The notes under the pieces: model-generated
The model's input: the letters and a program-made list of their open reading frames with translations, nothing else
The model's database searches: none
What the model was told of the DNA's origin: nothing
Shown: piece by piece, positions 25,585 to 35,278 of the stretch
How positions within the stretch are numbered: position 1 is the first letter of the stretch
How the letters are laid out: the number at the start of each line of letters is the position of its first letter
Translations under genes and position numbers: made by a program
DNA from: a virus
Taxonomy: Duplodnaviria; Caudoviricetes
Strand: one strand, 5' to 3'
DNA length: 43,679 nt
Virus record (IMG/VR): IMGVR_UViG_3300032277_000011
Span: 1 to 43,679 of that record

Positions 25585-26067
25585 ATGGGTAATTGGACTA
25601 ATGATGATGGACTGCAAGTTCAGTATGGAGAACAGGACGTAGCTGTTGTAGGTGGTGTTAGCTCACCGTCTAAGCGATTGGTTATTGACTTTGACTATGC
25701 TAACCTACCGTCCTTCACAGCTGACCTCAACAACGATGGTACCAAGAATGGGTTCTTTGGCGGTGACGCTAACATCCCTGCTGGCGCCTTCATCACTAAC
25801 GCCTACATTGTAGTTACTACTGCTTTCGCTAGTGGTACATCCTACAACATTGGCCTATACGACTCAGCTGGTTCAGCACTTGATGCCGATGGTATTGATG
25901 CTGCTGTTCTAACTGCTGCTCTTGCAGCTAACAAGGCTGTTGTATGTGATGGTGCATCTGTTGGTGGTACTAAAACTGAAGCTTCTGATGGTTTTATTGT
26001 CATCGCTGCTACAGGTACATTCACAGCTGGTGAAGCCAAACTGGTTATCGAGTACATCGAGACCTAA
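25585..26067 (+). CDS. putative capsid decoration/minor capsid protein
   Basis: Beta-rich 160 aa directly after MCP; WTNDDGL, IPAGA. Confidence 0.6.
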   Translation: MGNWTNDDGLQVQYGEQDVAVVGGVSSPSKRLVIDFDYANLPSFTADLNNDGTKNGFFGGDANIPAGAFITNAYIVVTTAFASGTSYNIGLYDSAGSALDADGIDAAVLTAALAANKAVVCDGASVGGTKTEASDGFIVIAATGTFTAGEAKLVIEYIET

Positions 26068-26074
26068 CTAGACA

Positions 26075-26101
26075 TAGGGTATCCTGTCATGGGGTACCCT
26101 A
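26075..26101 (+). terminator. stem-loop after capsid genes
   Basis: TAGGGTATCCT-GTCAT-GGGGTACCCTA (includes G-U pairs); no U tract, so it may be a processing or stability hairpin. Confidence 0.5.
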
Positions 26102-26128
26102 ACCAACATATAGAGGATATATAAAGAC

Positions 26129-26752
26129 ATGGCTGAGCATAACACATTAACAGACCCTGACCTACACGAACCTAAGGGTGCAGCTGCGGCTAGTGCTGAT
26201 GATGTGTATGTTGCTGATGGAGCAGGTTCAGGGTCCTTTAAACAGATTTACACACAAGGCTTTGAGGACTACAATGACCTCGCCACCACCTCTACTCCTA
26301 TTGCATTGACCTTAGCTAACACAGCATACAACCTAACTAATGATGGTGCTGGTGCATTTACTAATACTACTTATAGACTCCCAGGATATAGTCCTATATG
26401 GGATGTGTCCACTAACGCCTTTGACTTCTCAGGTGCTGGTCTAGTATTAGGTGACACAGTTGATATCAGGTTTGACCTAGACATTGTTAACTCAGGTGCT
26501 AACGGAGCTTACGACCTACAGATTGATTTAGCTATTGGTTCAGGAAGCCCCTACACCCTAGAGATAGATGAACACCTATACAAGAGTGCTGGTACACACA
26601 AGGAGGTTGTTCTCTTCAGTATTTACATGGGCGATAATAACACCTTAAACTACCCAGCCAAACCCACAATGAAAAGTGATAGCACAGGTGATACAGTTAT
26701 CGTTAATGGTTGGTATGTAAGAACACTCCCACGTAACCCTGTCCTAGTTTAA
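26129..26752 (+). CDS. virion structural protein (possible head fibre)
   Basis: N-terminal LHEPKG...YVADGAGSG, beta-rich C-terminal domain. Confidence 0.6.
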   Translation: MAEHNTLTDPDLHEPKGAAAASADDVYVADGAGSGSFKQIYTQGFEDYNDLATTSTPIALTLANTAYNLTNDGAGAFTNTTYRLPGYSPIWDVSTNAFDFSGAGLVLGDTVDIRFDLDIVNSGANGAYDLQIDLAIGSGSPYTLEIDEHLYKSAGTHKEVVLFSIYMGDNNTLNYPAKPTMKSDSTGDTVIVNGWYVRTLPRNPVLV

Positions 26753-26762
26753 GAGGTAGACT

Positions 26763-27497
26763 ATGAAACAAACATTACTTCAGATTGTTCAGGGTATCCT
26801 AAGTGATACAGATGGTGAAGAAGTGAACTCCATTGGAGACAGTGTTGAGTCCCTTCAAGTTGTATCTGTAGTCCACTCGGTATTCGATAATATTGTAGTT
26901 TCTAAACTTATACCTGAACACAAAGAACTCCTTAAGTTAACTGCTCTATCTGATACTGATACTCCTACCCACTTCCAGTACCCTGACAACGTAAAGGAAG
27001 TAGAGCTTATTGAGTATGATACATCAGATGATGGTACCTTCAAGTACAAAGAGATTGAGTACCTTGAGCCTCTAGTGTTCCTAGATAAGTATAATGGTGT
27101 TGAGTCTGACTACGATAACGTCAAGGACATCTCAGGCCTAACTAATCTACGTATCCGTAATGACAAGATGCCTGAGTACTACACATCCTTTGATGACCTA
27201 CATATTGTCATGGACTCATATGACTCAACAGTAGACACTACGCTACAGGAGAGTAAGACTAGGGCTTATGGCACTAAGTTACCTACCTTCACAGAAGATG
27301 ATACGTATACTCCTGATCTTGATGCTCATATGTTCCCTTACCTTATCAGTGAAGCTAAGTCAACATACCAGTCACTCTTCAAATCAGGTTCAGACCCTAA
27401 GATAGAACAGACAGCACGTAGGTTGAAAGTATCCCTACAGAATGACAGATACAGAACTAAGAAGGAGATTACTTGGAATGCCTACGGCAGACGTTAA
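26763..27497 (+). CDS. tail adaptor / tail tubular protein A
   Basis: N-terminal TLLQIVQGILS...EVNSIGDS; size and position. Confidence 0.75.
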   Translation: MKQTLLQIVQGILSDTDGEEVNSIGDSVESLQVVSVVHSVFDNIVVSKLIPEHKELLKLTALSDTDTPTHFQYPDNVKEVELIEYDTSDDGTFKYKEIEYLEPLVFLDKYNGVESDYDNVKDISGLTNLRIRNDKMPEYYTSFDDLHIVMDSYDSTVDTTLQESKTRAYGTKLPTFTEDDTYTPDLDAHMFPYLISEAKSTYQSLFKSGSDPKIEQTARRLKVSLQNDRYRTKKEITWNAYGRR

Positions 27498-27786
27498 GAT
27501 TGAAGAGGACATGGAGAATCAAATAGTTAAACTATTCTCCCCTAAGACTAAGGATGCCCTACTAGTTAGAAAGACTACTGGCTCCCTACCATTCTTTGAG
27601 GTCGTATGGCCTAATGATAAGAGACCAGTAGAAGGTACCTTCACCTCACAGAGTAGAGCCTTAGAAGCTGCACTACATTTCCTCTCCCACATGAAGGTAA
27701 CTAGGACTGTAGAGAGAGACAACAAGACTAAAGCTAGAGAACAACGTAAGGCTGATAAACAGAATGCCACAGAGTCTACAAGCTAA
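27478..27786 (+). CDS. hypothetical protein
   Basis: AAGGAG before ATG 27478; GTFTSQSRALEA. Confidence 0.65.
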   Translation: MPTADVKIEEDMENQIVKLFSPKTKDALLVRKTTGSLPFFEVVWPNDKRPVEGTFTSQSRALEAALHFLSHMKVTRTVERDNKTKAREQRKADKQNATESTS

Positions 27787-29959
27787 AGCTATTACAACCT
27801 TCACTGGTGGTCTTATAACTGAGGCTAGTGAACTTACATTCCCTGAGGGTGCCTCTACTGATGAGCTTAACTGTTCCTTGGAGAGAGCTGGTAACCGTAG
27901 ACGTAGGTTAGGTCTCCACTATGAGGAAGCTAATGAACTGTCATCTAATACTGTAGACCACACAACTAAGGTATACGAGACCTCATGGGCTAACGTAGCT
28001 AACCAGTCTGACCTAGAGTACCTCGTAGTACAAGTAGGGACTGACTTATACTTCTACACTAAAGCTTCCTCTCCTCTGTCTTCAGGTACTGTTGATACTA
28101 CTTATGTATCTGGTGTTCCCTATACTGTAGACCTAACAACATACAAACCATCTACTGTATCTGACTCTGACATAGGACGTATTCAAGTATCCTCTATCAA
28201 GGGTGCAGCAGTTATTGTAGCTGAGGGTATTAATCCCTTCTACATTGAGCAGGACATCACTACTGGTGCCTTCACTGAGACTACCATTGACTTCAGGGTG
28301 AGAGACTTCGAGTTCCTAGGGGACAAAGAGGACAGCCTAGAAGAAGTAGCTTCAGGTTCAGTATCAACTGAGAGAAAGTACGACACAGCTAACACTGGTT
28401 GGTCAGGTACTAAAGGTGCAGCTGCACTCTCCACTTACATATCAGCTAACACAGCCTACCCTCCGTTAACACATACTTGGTACTCAGGTAAGGACTCTAA
28501 CGGTAACTTCAGTGAGTCTGAATGGCAGAAGGTGTACTCAGGTACATCTCTTATTGTTGGTGGGCACTACATCCTAGGTATCTTCGATGGTGATAGAGCT
28601 ACAGCTTCAGGTATAGCTGGTGTCACAGGTTACTCCACAGATAAGAGGTTCACAACTAACGAGACATTCTTTGGTAGGGTATTCTACTCAGGTCTATCAT
28701 CTGATAGGGATGGTGGTAAGGTTTACTTCACTAGTATCCTTGAGTCTTTAGGTGATCTAGGTGACTGCTACCAACAGAATGACCCTACAGCTGAGGACTT
28801 CTCTGATCTACTAGATACTGATGGTGGGTTTATATCCATCCCTGAGGCACATAACATTAGGGAACTACAGACCTTCGGTTCATCCCTCCTAGTCTTTGCT
28901 GACAATGGTGTATGGGCTATATCTGGTGTTGATGGTGTCTTCAGAGCTACTGAGTTCTCAGTTACCAAGACTACTACTGAAGGACTACATAGTGTAGGCT
29001 CTCTAGTTGATGTAGAGGGTACACCTATCTGGTGGTCAGCCTCAGGTATTCAGACTATGGTAGCTGATCAGGTATCAGGTAGGCCACAGGTACAGGACCT
29101 CTCAACTACTACTATACAAACCTTCTGGAATGATATAGGTGGCAGTGCTAGGAACAGTGTCAAGGGTCTATACGATTCAGTTGAGAAGAAGGTGTTCTGG
29201 ATATACCCTTCCCTATCTGAAACTAAGGATAACAAGTACAATAGAGTTCTAATCCTTGACTTAACCTTAAGGGCGTTCATACCTTGGGCTGTAGTTGACA
29301 AGGACGTAGCTGAGCCTGAGTACATCTTAGGTATGTCGTACTTCTCAGGTGTTGGTTCAGTCAGGTCAGACATTGGTGTAACAGTTGATGGTGTGCAGGT
29401 AACAGCTAGTGGTGTTGATGTAACAGTTAAAGGTTACCTTGATGCTACTGGACAAGACAGTTCAATTAAGTTCTTGGTTAGAGATGGTGCAGCTGGTGCC
29501 CTTACCTTTGCTGAGTTCTCAGGTACTGACTTCCTTGACTGGGAATCTGAGGACTACTCCTCCTACGCTGAGGCTGGGTATGACTTCCTTGGTGACATGA
29601 CACTCAAGAAGACTGCACCTTACGTTACAACGTACATGAGGACCACTGAGACAGGGTATACAGGGGATGAGACTAACGGGTATGACCTTGTTAGACCTAG
29701 CTCATGTAAGCTCTCAGTCTACTGGGACTTCAAGGATACACCAAGTACTACAGCACAACAGATATACAGACTTAAGAGCCTACCTATCGTTGACCCTAAT
29801 GATCTTACTACCTTCGACTACCCTACTACTGTAGTCACTACAAGGAATAAAGTTAGAGGTAGGGGTAGAAGTATGAGACTTAAGTTCGAGAGTGAGACAG
29901 GTAAGGACTTTAACCTACTAGGGTGGGAAGTCATTGGGGCTAGGAATACTACATTATGA
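27764..29959 (+). CDS. tail nozzle / tail tubular protein B
   Basis: 731 aa beta-propeller-like sequence; FTGGLITE, RRRRLG, KVRGRGR. Confidence 0.8.
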   Translation: MPQSLQAKAITTFTGGLITEASELTFPEGASTDELNCSLERAGNRRRRLGLHYEEANELSSNTVDHTTKVYETSWANVANQSDLEYLVVQVGTDLYFYTKASSPLSSGTVDTTYVSGVPYTVDLTTYKPSTVSDSDIGRIQVSSIKGAAVIVAEGINPFYIEQDITTGAFTETTIDFRVRDFEFLGDKEDSLEEVASGSVSTERKYDTANTGWSGTKGAAALSTYISANTAYPPLTHTWYSGKDSNGNFSESEWQKVYSGTSLIVGGHYILGIFDGDRATASGIAGVTGYSTDKRFTTNETFFGRVFYSGLSSDRDGGKVYFTSILESLGDLGDCYQQNDPTAEDFSDLLDTDGGFISIPEAHNIRELQTFGSSLLVFADNGVWAISGVDGVFRATEFSVTKTTTEGLHSVGSLVDVEGTPIWWSASGIQTMVADQVSGRPQVQDLSTTTIQTFWNDIGGSARNSVKGLYDSVEKKVFWIYPSLSETKDNKYNRVLILDLTLRAFIPWAVVDKDVAEPEYILGMSYFSGVGSVRSDIGVTVDGVQVTASGVDVTVKGYLDATGQDSSIKFLVRDGAAGALTFAEFSGTDFLDWESEDYSSYAEAGYDFLGDMTLKKTAPYVTTYMRTTETGYTGDETNGYDLVRPSSCKLSVYWDFKDTPSTTAQQIYRLKSLPIVDPNDLTTFDYPTTVVTTRNKVRGRGRSMRLKFESETGKDFNLLGWEVIGARNTTL

Positions 29960-30414
29960 GTACCATAAGAGAAGCTGTTGACACAGACCTAGTAGATATT
30001 CTAGTAATGGCTAAGGGTTTCACTAAGGAAGCTAACAAAAGTGGTTACAAGATTACTTGGTCACAGGATAAAGTTTCTCAGTTAGTCTTATCAGCTATAG
30101 ATAGAGAAGACCTATGTATGTTTGTATCTAAGGACGACACTGACGAGACAACAGGGTTTATCATTGGGGCAGCTACCGAGATACTCTTCTCTAATGACGT
30201 AATAGGTAGTGAGATATTCTGGTGGGTAGACGAGAACGTAAGAGGTAAGAGAGTAGCCCTTAAACTCTTCAAGACATACGAGGACTGGGCAGTGAGTAAA
30301 GGGGCTACAGCATTAACAGCATCGGACCTACAGGGTATCGCTAACCTAGCTCCTATCTACAAAGCACTAGGGTACACACCCTCAGAAGTTACATATCGAA
30401 AGGATATACAGTAA
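29956..30414 (+). CDS. GNAT-fold acetyltransferase-like protein
   Basis: IREA...D, WWVDENVRG, YKALGY. Confidence 0.75.
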   Translation: MSTIREAVDTDLVDILVMAKGFTKEANKSGYKITWSQDKVSQLVLSAIDREDLCMFVSKDDTDETTGFIIGAATEILFSNDVIGSEIFWWVDENVRGKRVALKLFKTYEDWAVSKGATALTASDLQGIANLAPIYKALGYTPSEVTYRKDIQ

Positions 30415-30866
30415 TGGCTATCACAACAATTGCAGCTATTGGATTAGCTATTGGTGCAGTAGGTACTGTAGCATCCATCTCAGCACAGAACAAAGCAGCA
30501 GCAGCTAGTAGACAGCAACAGACTGTACAAGCTAGAGCATCACGTAGGCAAGCTATCCGGCAGGGTATGCAAGCTAGAGCACAGGCATTAGCATCAGCAC
30601 AGGCTCAAGGGTCAGCTGGTTCTAGTGGTGCCATTGGTGGTATTGGTGCTCTCAGTTCACAACTAGGCTCCTCTATAGGTACACAAGGACAGCTCAGTGC
30701 TCTCTCTGGTATCATCTCTACTCAACAAGCTAGGGCTTCTACCTTCGGGTCTATCGCTAACCTAGGGTTCACAGCTGCACAAGCCTTTGGTGGTATAAAA
30801 CTAGGGGGTCAAGATACTAGTGGCCCTACAGTACCTGACTTCACTGTACCTTTCGGACAAGGATAA
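30414..30866 (+). CDS. internal virion (ejection) protein
   Basis: Hydrophobic N-terminus, Ala/Gln/Gly-rich; T7 gp14-like position. Confidence 0.7.
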   Translation: MAITTIAAIGLAIGAVGTVASISAQNKAAAASRQQQTVQARASRRQAIRQGMQARAQALASAQAQGSAGSSGAIGGIGALSSQLGSSIGTQGQLSALSGIISTQQARASTFGSIANLGFTAAQAFGGIKLGGQDTSGPTVPDFTVPFGQG

Positions 30867-30872
30867 ACTTTA

Positions 30873-33800
30873 ATGCCTAATGAGTTCCCAGTCAATTCAC
30901 TACCAGCTGTAGAACCTCTAGATGGTCCTGCTACTCTTCCTTTGTTAGAGGACCCAGCAAGCTTACGTGTACGTAATAGAGCAGTATCCTTAGCTGGTGT
31001 GATAGGTACTGAGCCACTGAAGGTTCAACAGGACGTAGGTACAGGCAACAACTCAGCCTCTAATGAAGCACGTACTCAAGCTCTACAAGGTTCAGTAGAA
31101 GGTAACCAACAGATTGTTGATGATGTTATCTCTACTCAAGGGACCTTAGAGGAAGCTCAGGCAGGTCTTAGAGGAGCTGAAGAGAAGAGACTTATGTACT
31201 CCTCAGCTAGTGACTTCTTTACTGAAGAGGCTTTAACATTAGGTAATCCTAACTACTCCCCTAGTGCTGCACGTTCAGCTAAGAACCTAGCTATAGCAGA
31301 GGAAATCTTTAGGGAGAGGCTATCAGGTATATCCGATGAGACAGGTTTCTTTGGTTATGCTGGAGACTTCATCGATAGGTACTTCCTTAGAGCTATTCCT
31401 GTTGGTGCCATTGAGGACCTAACTAAACGTAGTGAGCGTAAAGGTAGAGAACTACTTGATGCAGCTACCACTATGGATGCTGATGAGTATAGAGCTTTCA
31501 TTAATGCCTATGCTGATGAGTTAAGTGAAGAAGGTTTCCTTACTAACGATAACTTCTTTGCTTTGTCTGATGGTTTCAATGAGGCTACTAACGCTGGTTA
31601 TGACCCTATGTCAGGTATCAACCAAGCTCTAGGTGCTCTTGACCTACTAGCCTTAGGTAAACTGGTAGGTTCAGCTGGTAAACTAGGTGTAGTTGGACTA
31701 ACTGGCTTAGGTAAATCAGAGACTACAATCACTAAGGCTGCTAGTATTGCTGGTAGAGAGATAGCTACTGATGTTGCTGAGAATACCTTAGAGGCTTCAG
31801 CCAAGATTGATGGTGAACTCCTAGCTAACATGTCAGTTGAAGCCCTAGATACTGGTAGTGCCACACAGAGGGCCTTGCCTTCACGTCTAACACAGATAGT
31901 TGAGAACAATAAGCTAGTCAAAGGTGTAAGTGAACTCAACGAGTCAGGTACATTTGGTCGTGTAGCCACTAGGACACAAGTTAATGACCTTGTAGTTGAC
32001 TCAGTACAGGCTTATACTGTACGTACAGCACGTAACACAACTGAGTACAGGGTGGTAGAGGATACTTTAGGTAACCCTATCCTTGAGATGAAGTTTGGTA
32101 AGAAAGATGGCACCCCCTTTACAGCTAAGAACCCTAATGTAGCTCAGGCTAATGCACAGAAGTTCGCTAATAAAGTAGAAGGTGCCGAGGTTATACCTGT
32201 TGACCCCGAAGATTTAACTAAAGGGTTTGAAGTACAGCTCCAACAGAGGTTAGACTTAACTGGTCTTAGTGATGAGATTGATCTACATGCTACTGAGTAT
32301 GGCTTCATGAGAGAGACACTCGCTAAGGTACTAGGTTCTAACCCTACACTAGATGATACACACCTAACAGCCCTAGCTCAGATGGGTGAAGCTGGTACAG
32401 CAGCCATTAAGCAGGTATCTAAACCTTTCCTTGATGCACTCAATAAGATTAACCTAGACTCCAAGAAGACTGTAGCTGCTGTCTATAAAGAACTACGTGA
32501 TGGTAGTGACTCCTTCATTCGTGATGGGTACACTGAGGGTGAGTTCAGGAATCTATTTAAATCTCTACACCCTAATGGTCTAGATGCTACAGATAAGGAC
32601 GTACAAGCTTATCAGGCCCTAGTGTCCTTAGAGGATGGTGCTTGGATTATGAAGGCTAACCAAATCCTTAACCAGTATGTAGCTAAAGACTTCTGGTCCT
32701 TGGATGTAGGTGGTTCCTTCCGTCTAGTTGGTAAGAAGTTTGAGGGTAATCTACCTAAAGATGCTAAAGTGTTTGATACTACATCAGGTGCTGTCATCCT
32801 AGGTGAGGACTTAGATAACTTCAAGAGCTTATGGAGACTAGATAAACCAACTAACAACGGGGCTGAGTACCTTGTTGACCCTAAAGGTGTTAAGATACTA
32901 GAACATTCTGATGTTATGGGGTATAACGCTGGTGGTGTACGTATGAACCCTAAGGCTAACTACTTCGTTACTCTTCTGGGTGACCGTACTAAGGCTATCA
33001 TGACCACCTTTGCTGAGTCTGAGGCTATACTGGCAGCTAAACAACTAGGTAACATCGCTAAGAAGATAGATGAACTAGGCGGGGACCTGAGAGTTCTCTC
33101 TAAGTCAGATGAACTAGACGATGTAATCAGATTAAACAACGACTGGGACCCCTCTATTGCTTCAGCCTCTGATCTAGCTAAGCTTATGGATGGTAAGGGA
33201 TGGGACTTGTCTCGTGGTATAGCCTATAAACCTCGTAATGCTAGAGTTATCCCTGAGGATGCTGAGGCTATGGAGGCACTTCATGGTTCATCTTGGGATG
33301 ACTTCGTTAGGGCTGACATGAGACGCTCTAATGATACACTCATGGAGTATGGTGGAGGCGAGACATACAACGTAGACCCAGTTAATGCTATACTTGACCA
33401 GTTCCAATCAGCTTCACATGGCTATGCTATGAGGGCATACACGTACAACTCCATGGTGTCGTGGGTTAAGAGGGCACAACAGAAAGGTAGTGGTGTAACC
33501 TTCGATCCTAACATAGGACATACCGACTATCAGAGGTTATACCAGTCTATCACTCAGGGTGACATAGGAAGTAACGCTACAGCACGTAAACTAGCCACTA
33601 TGAAGGGTATCATTGATCGTAGATTGAACGTACAAACCCCACTAGAGAAGAGTTTTGCTAGGTTTGGACAAGGTGCGTCAGAGTACATCTTCGAGAAGTC
33701 AGGTGTTAAACTAAAACCTACTGATCCTTCTAGTAGACTACTATCTATTGGTTTTGGTAGTGCCTTTGGGTTCTTCAATGTGTCCCAGTTTGTGATGCAA

Positions 33801-35273
33801 GGCTTTCATGTGTCTAACATTATGGCTATTGCCCCTAAGTTTGGCTCTATGGGTACAGGTATAGCAATCCCTATGCGACAAATCCTCCATGCTCCTGACT
33901 TAGCGTCTGAAACCTTAGGTATTCAACGTTTAGCTAAGTTTATGGGTAAGGAGGAGACAGAGATTAAGGAACTAGTGGACTACATTAAGACATCTGGCCG
34001 TGATATGGTAGATGGAGACGCTATTGAGAAGGGTACAGGCGTAGGTTACGGGGTATCTGGTTGGGGTGGTGAGTCGTTCCTACCTGATAAAGCTCAGAAG
34101 GCTGTATTCTCTACTACTAAGGGCCTATCTAAGTTCTATGAGGCTGGTCTTACACCATTTAAAGCTGGTGAGCGTATGTCTCGTATATCTGGCATCAATA
34201 CAGCGTTCTTTGAGTTCAAAGCTAAGTTCCCTAATGTCTCAGCTATGTCTGATGAAGGTAGAGCTTGGATTACTAGACGTGAACAGACACTAACATTCAA
34301 TATGACTACAGGTTCTAGACCTATGTTGCAGTCAGGTGTCATGAAGGTACCTACACAGTGGTTGTCCTACTCCTTTAGGGCTGCTGAGAGTGTAGTTATT
34401 GGACGTGACCTATCAGTTGCTGAGAGAGCTAGACTAGCTGCTGTCCTTATGCCCTTCTACGGTCTAAGTGGTTTTGGTTTAGCTTCAGCTGCTGACTATG
34501 TAGGTGAGAAGTTAGGTGTAGCCCCTGACAGTAACATGTACATTGGCCTTAAGTATGGTTTCTTGGACTACTTGATTGCTCAGGTAACACCAGTTGAGAC
34601 AGGCTTAGCTACACGTCTAGCTCCATTCGATGCCTTCGTAGATATCTATAAGAAGATCAATGAGGGGGATGTAGCTACGGCTGTAGGTGGTCCATCAGGT
34701 GAGATTGCTACTGGTATCACTGAAGTCTTCATGGACTCCGTTAGTGATCTCTTCCATGGACGTACAGTATCAGCTACTGAGGACCTAATCAAACTACTAA
34801 GACAACCATCAGGTATTGATAACGTATTCAAGGCTTATGGTGTAATGAACAATGGTGTGTATAGGTCTAAGACAGGCGCTACTTTACCCACTGACCTTAA
34901 AACATCTGATGCTGTCATCCTATTGATGGGTTTCTCTCCTCTTGAGCTTACTGAGTTCTATCAGAGACGTGGTGAAGCCTATACTGACTCACGTAAACTT
35001 AATACCTTCCGTAAGGAGATGGATAGGGATATGAACATCGCTATGCGACTAGTCTCTGAGGGTGGTACTGATAGAGATAGAGGTATGCAGATGATAGAGG
35101 AGATGCACGCTAAGATTGCTACATCAGGCTTCTCTCCACAACAGATGTTCTCCCTACGTAAGGGACTACAACGTGGGAACAACAATGAACTACTAAGATT
35201 AATGCAAGGAGCAATCCGAGAGGATAACTACTACGGTGCTCAAGCACTTCAATCCATCATCGGAGGTAAGTAA
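30873..35273 (+). CDS. large internal virion (ejection) protein
   Basis: 1466 aa helical protein in the ejectosome position. Confidence 0.75.
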   Translation: MPNEFPVNSLPAVEPLDGPATLPLLEDPASLRVRNRAVSLAGVIGTEPLKVQQDVGTGNNSASNEARTQALQGSVEGNQQIVDDVISTQGTLEEAQAGLRGAEEKRLMYSSASDFFTEEALTLGNPNYSPSAARSAKNLAIAEEIFRERLSGISDETGFFGYAGDFIDRYFLRAIPVGAIEDLTKRSERKGRELLDAATTMDADEYRAFINAYADELSEEGFLTNDNFFALSDGFNEATNAGYDPMSGINQALGALDLLALGKLVGSAGKLGVVGLTGLGKSETTITKAASIAGREIATDVAENTLEASAKIDGELLANMSVEALDTGSATQRALPSRLTQIVENNKLVKGVSELNESGTFGRVATRTQVNDLVVDSVQAYTVRTARNTTEYRVVEDTLGNPILEMKFGKKDGTPFTAKNPNVAQANAQKFANKVEGAEVIPVDPEDLTKGFEVQLQQRLDLTGLSDEIDLHATEYGFMRETLAKVLGSNPTLDDTHLTALAQMGEAGTAAIKQVSKPFLDALNKINLDSKKTVAAVYKELRDGSDSFIRDGYTEGEFRNLFKSLHPNGLDATDKDVQAYQALVSLEDGAWIMKANQILNQYVAKDFWSLDVGGSFRLVGKKFEGNLPKDAKVFDTTSGAVILGEDLDNFKSLWRLDKPTNNGAEYLVDPKGVKILEHSDVMGYNAGGVRMNPKANYFVTLLGDRTKAIMTTFAESEAILAAKQLGNIAKKIDELGGDLRVLSKSDELDDVIRLNNDWDPSIASASDLAKLMDGKGWDLSRGIAYKPRNARVIPEDAEAMEALHGSSWDDFVRADMRRSNDTLMEYGGGETYNVDPVNAILDQFQSASHGYAMRAYTYNSMVSWVKRAQQKGSGVTFDPNIGHTDYQRLYQSITQGDIGSNATARKLATMKGIIDRRLNVQTPLEKSFARFGQGASEYIFEKSGVKLKPTDPSSRLLSIGFGSAFGFFNVSQFVMQGFHVSNIMAIAPKFGSMGTGIAIPMRQILHAPDLASETLGIQRLAKFMGKEETEIKELVDYIKTSGRDMVDGDAIEKGTGVGYGVSGWGGESFLPDKAQKAVFSTTKGLSKFYEAGLTPFKAGERMSRISGINTAFFEFKAKFPNVSAMSDEGRAWITRREQTLTFNMTTGSRPMLQSGVMKVPTQWLSYSFRAAESVVIGRDLSVAERARLAAVLMPFYGLSGFGLASAADYVGEKLGVAPDSNMYIGLKYGFLDYLIAQVTPVETGLATRLAPFDAFVDIYKKINEGDVATAVGGPSGEIATGITEVFMDSVSDLFHGRTVSATEDLIKLLRQPSGIDNVFKAYGVMNNGVYRSKTGATLPTDLKTSDAVILLMGFSPLELTEFYQRRGEAYTDSRKLNTFRKEMDRDMNIAMRLVSEGGTDRDRGMQMIEEMHAKIATSGFSPQQMFSLRKGLQRGNNNELLRLMQGAIREDNYYGAQALQSIIGGK

Positions 35274-35278
35274 GAACT

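Noticed and set aside
29956-30414. GNAT gene in the tail module as a novelty
   Set aside because: A GNAT-fold gene between the nozzle and ejection proteins is common in T7-supergroup podoviruses
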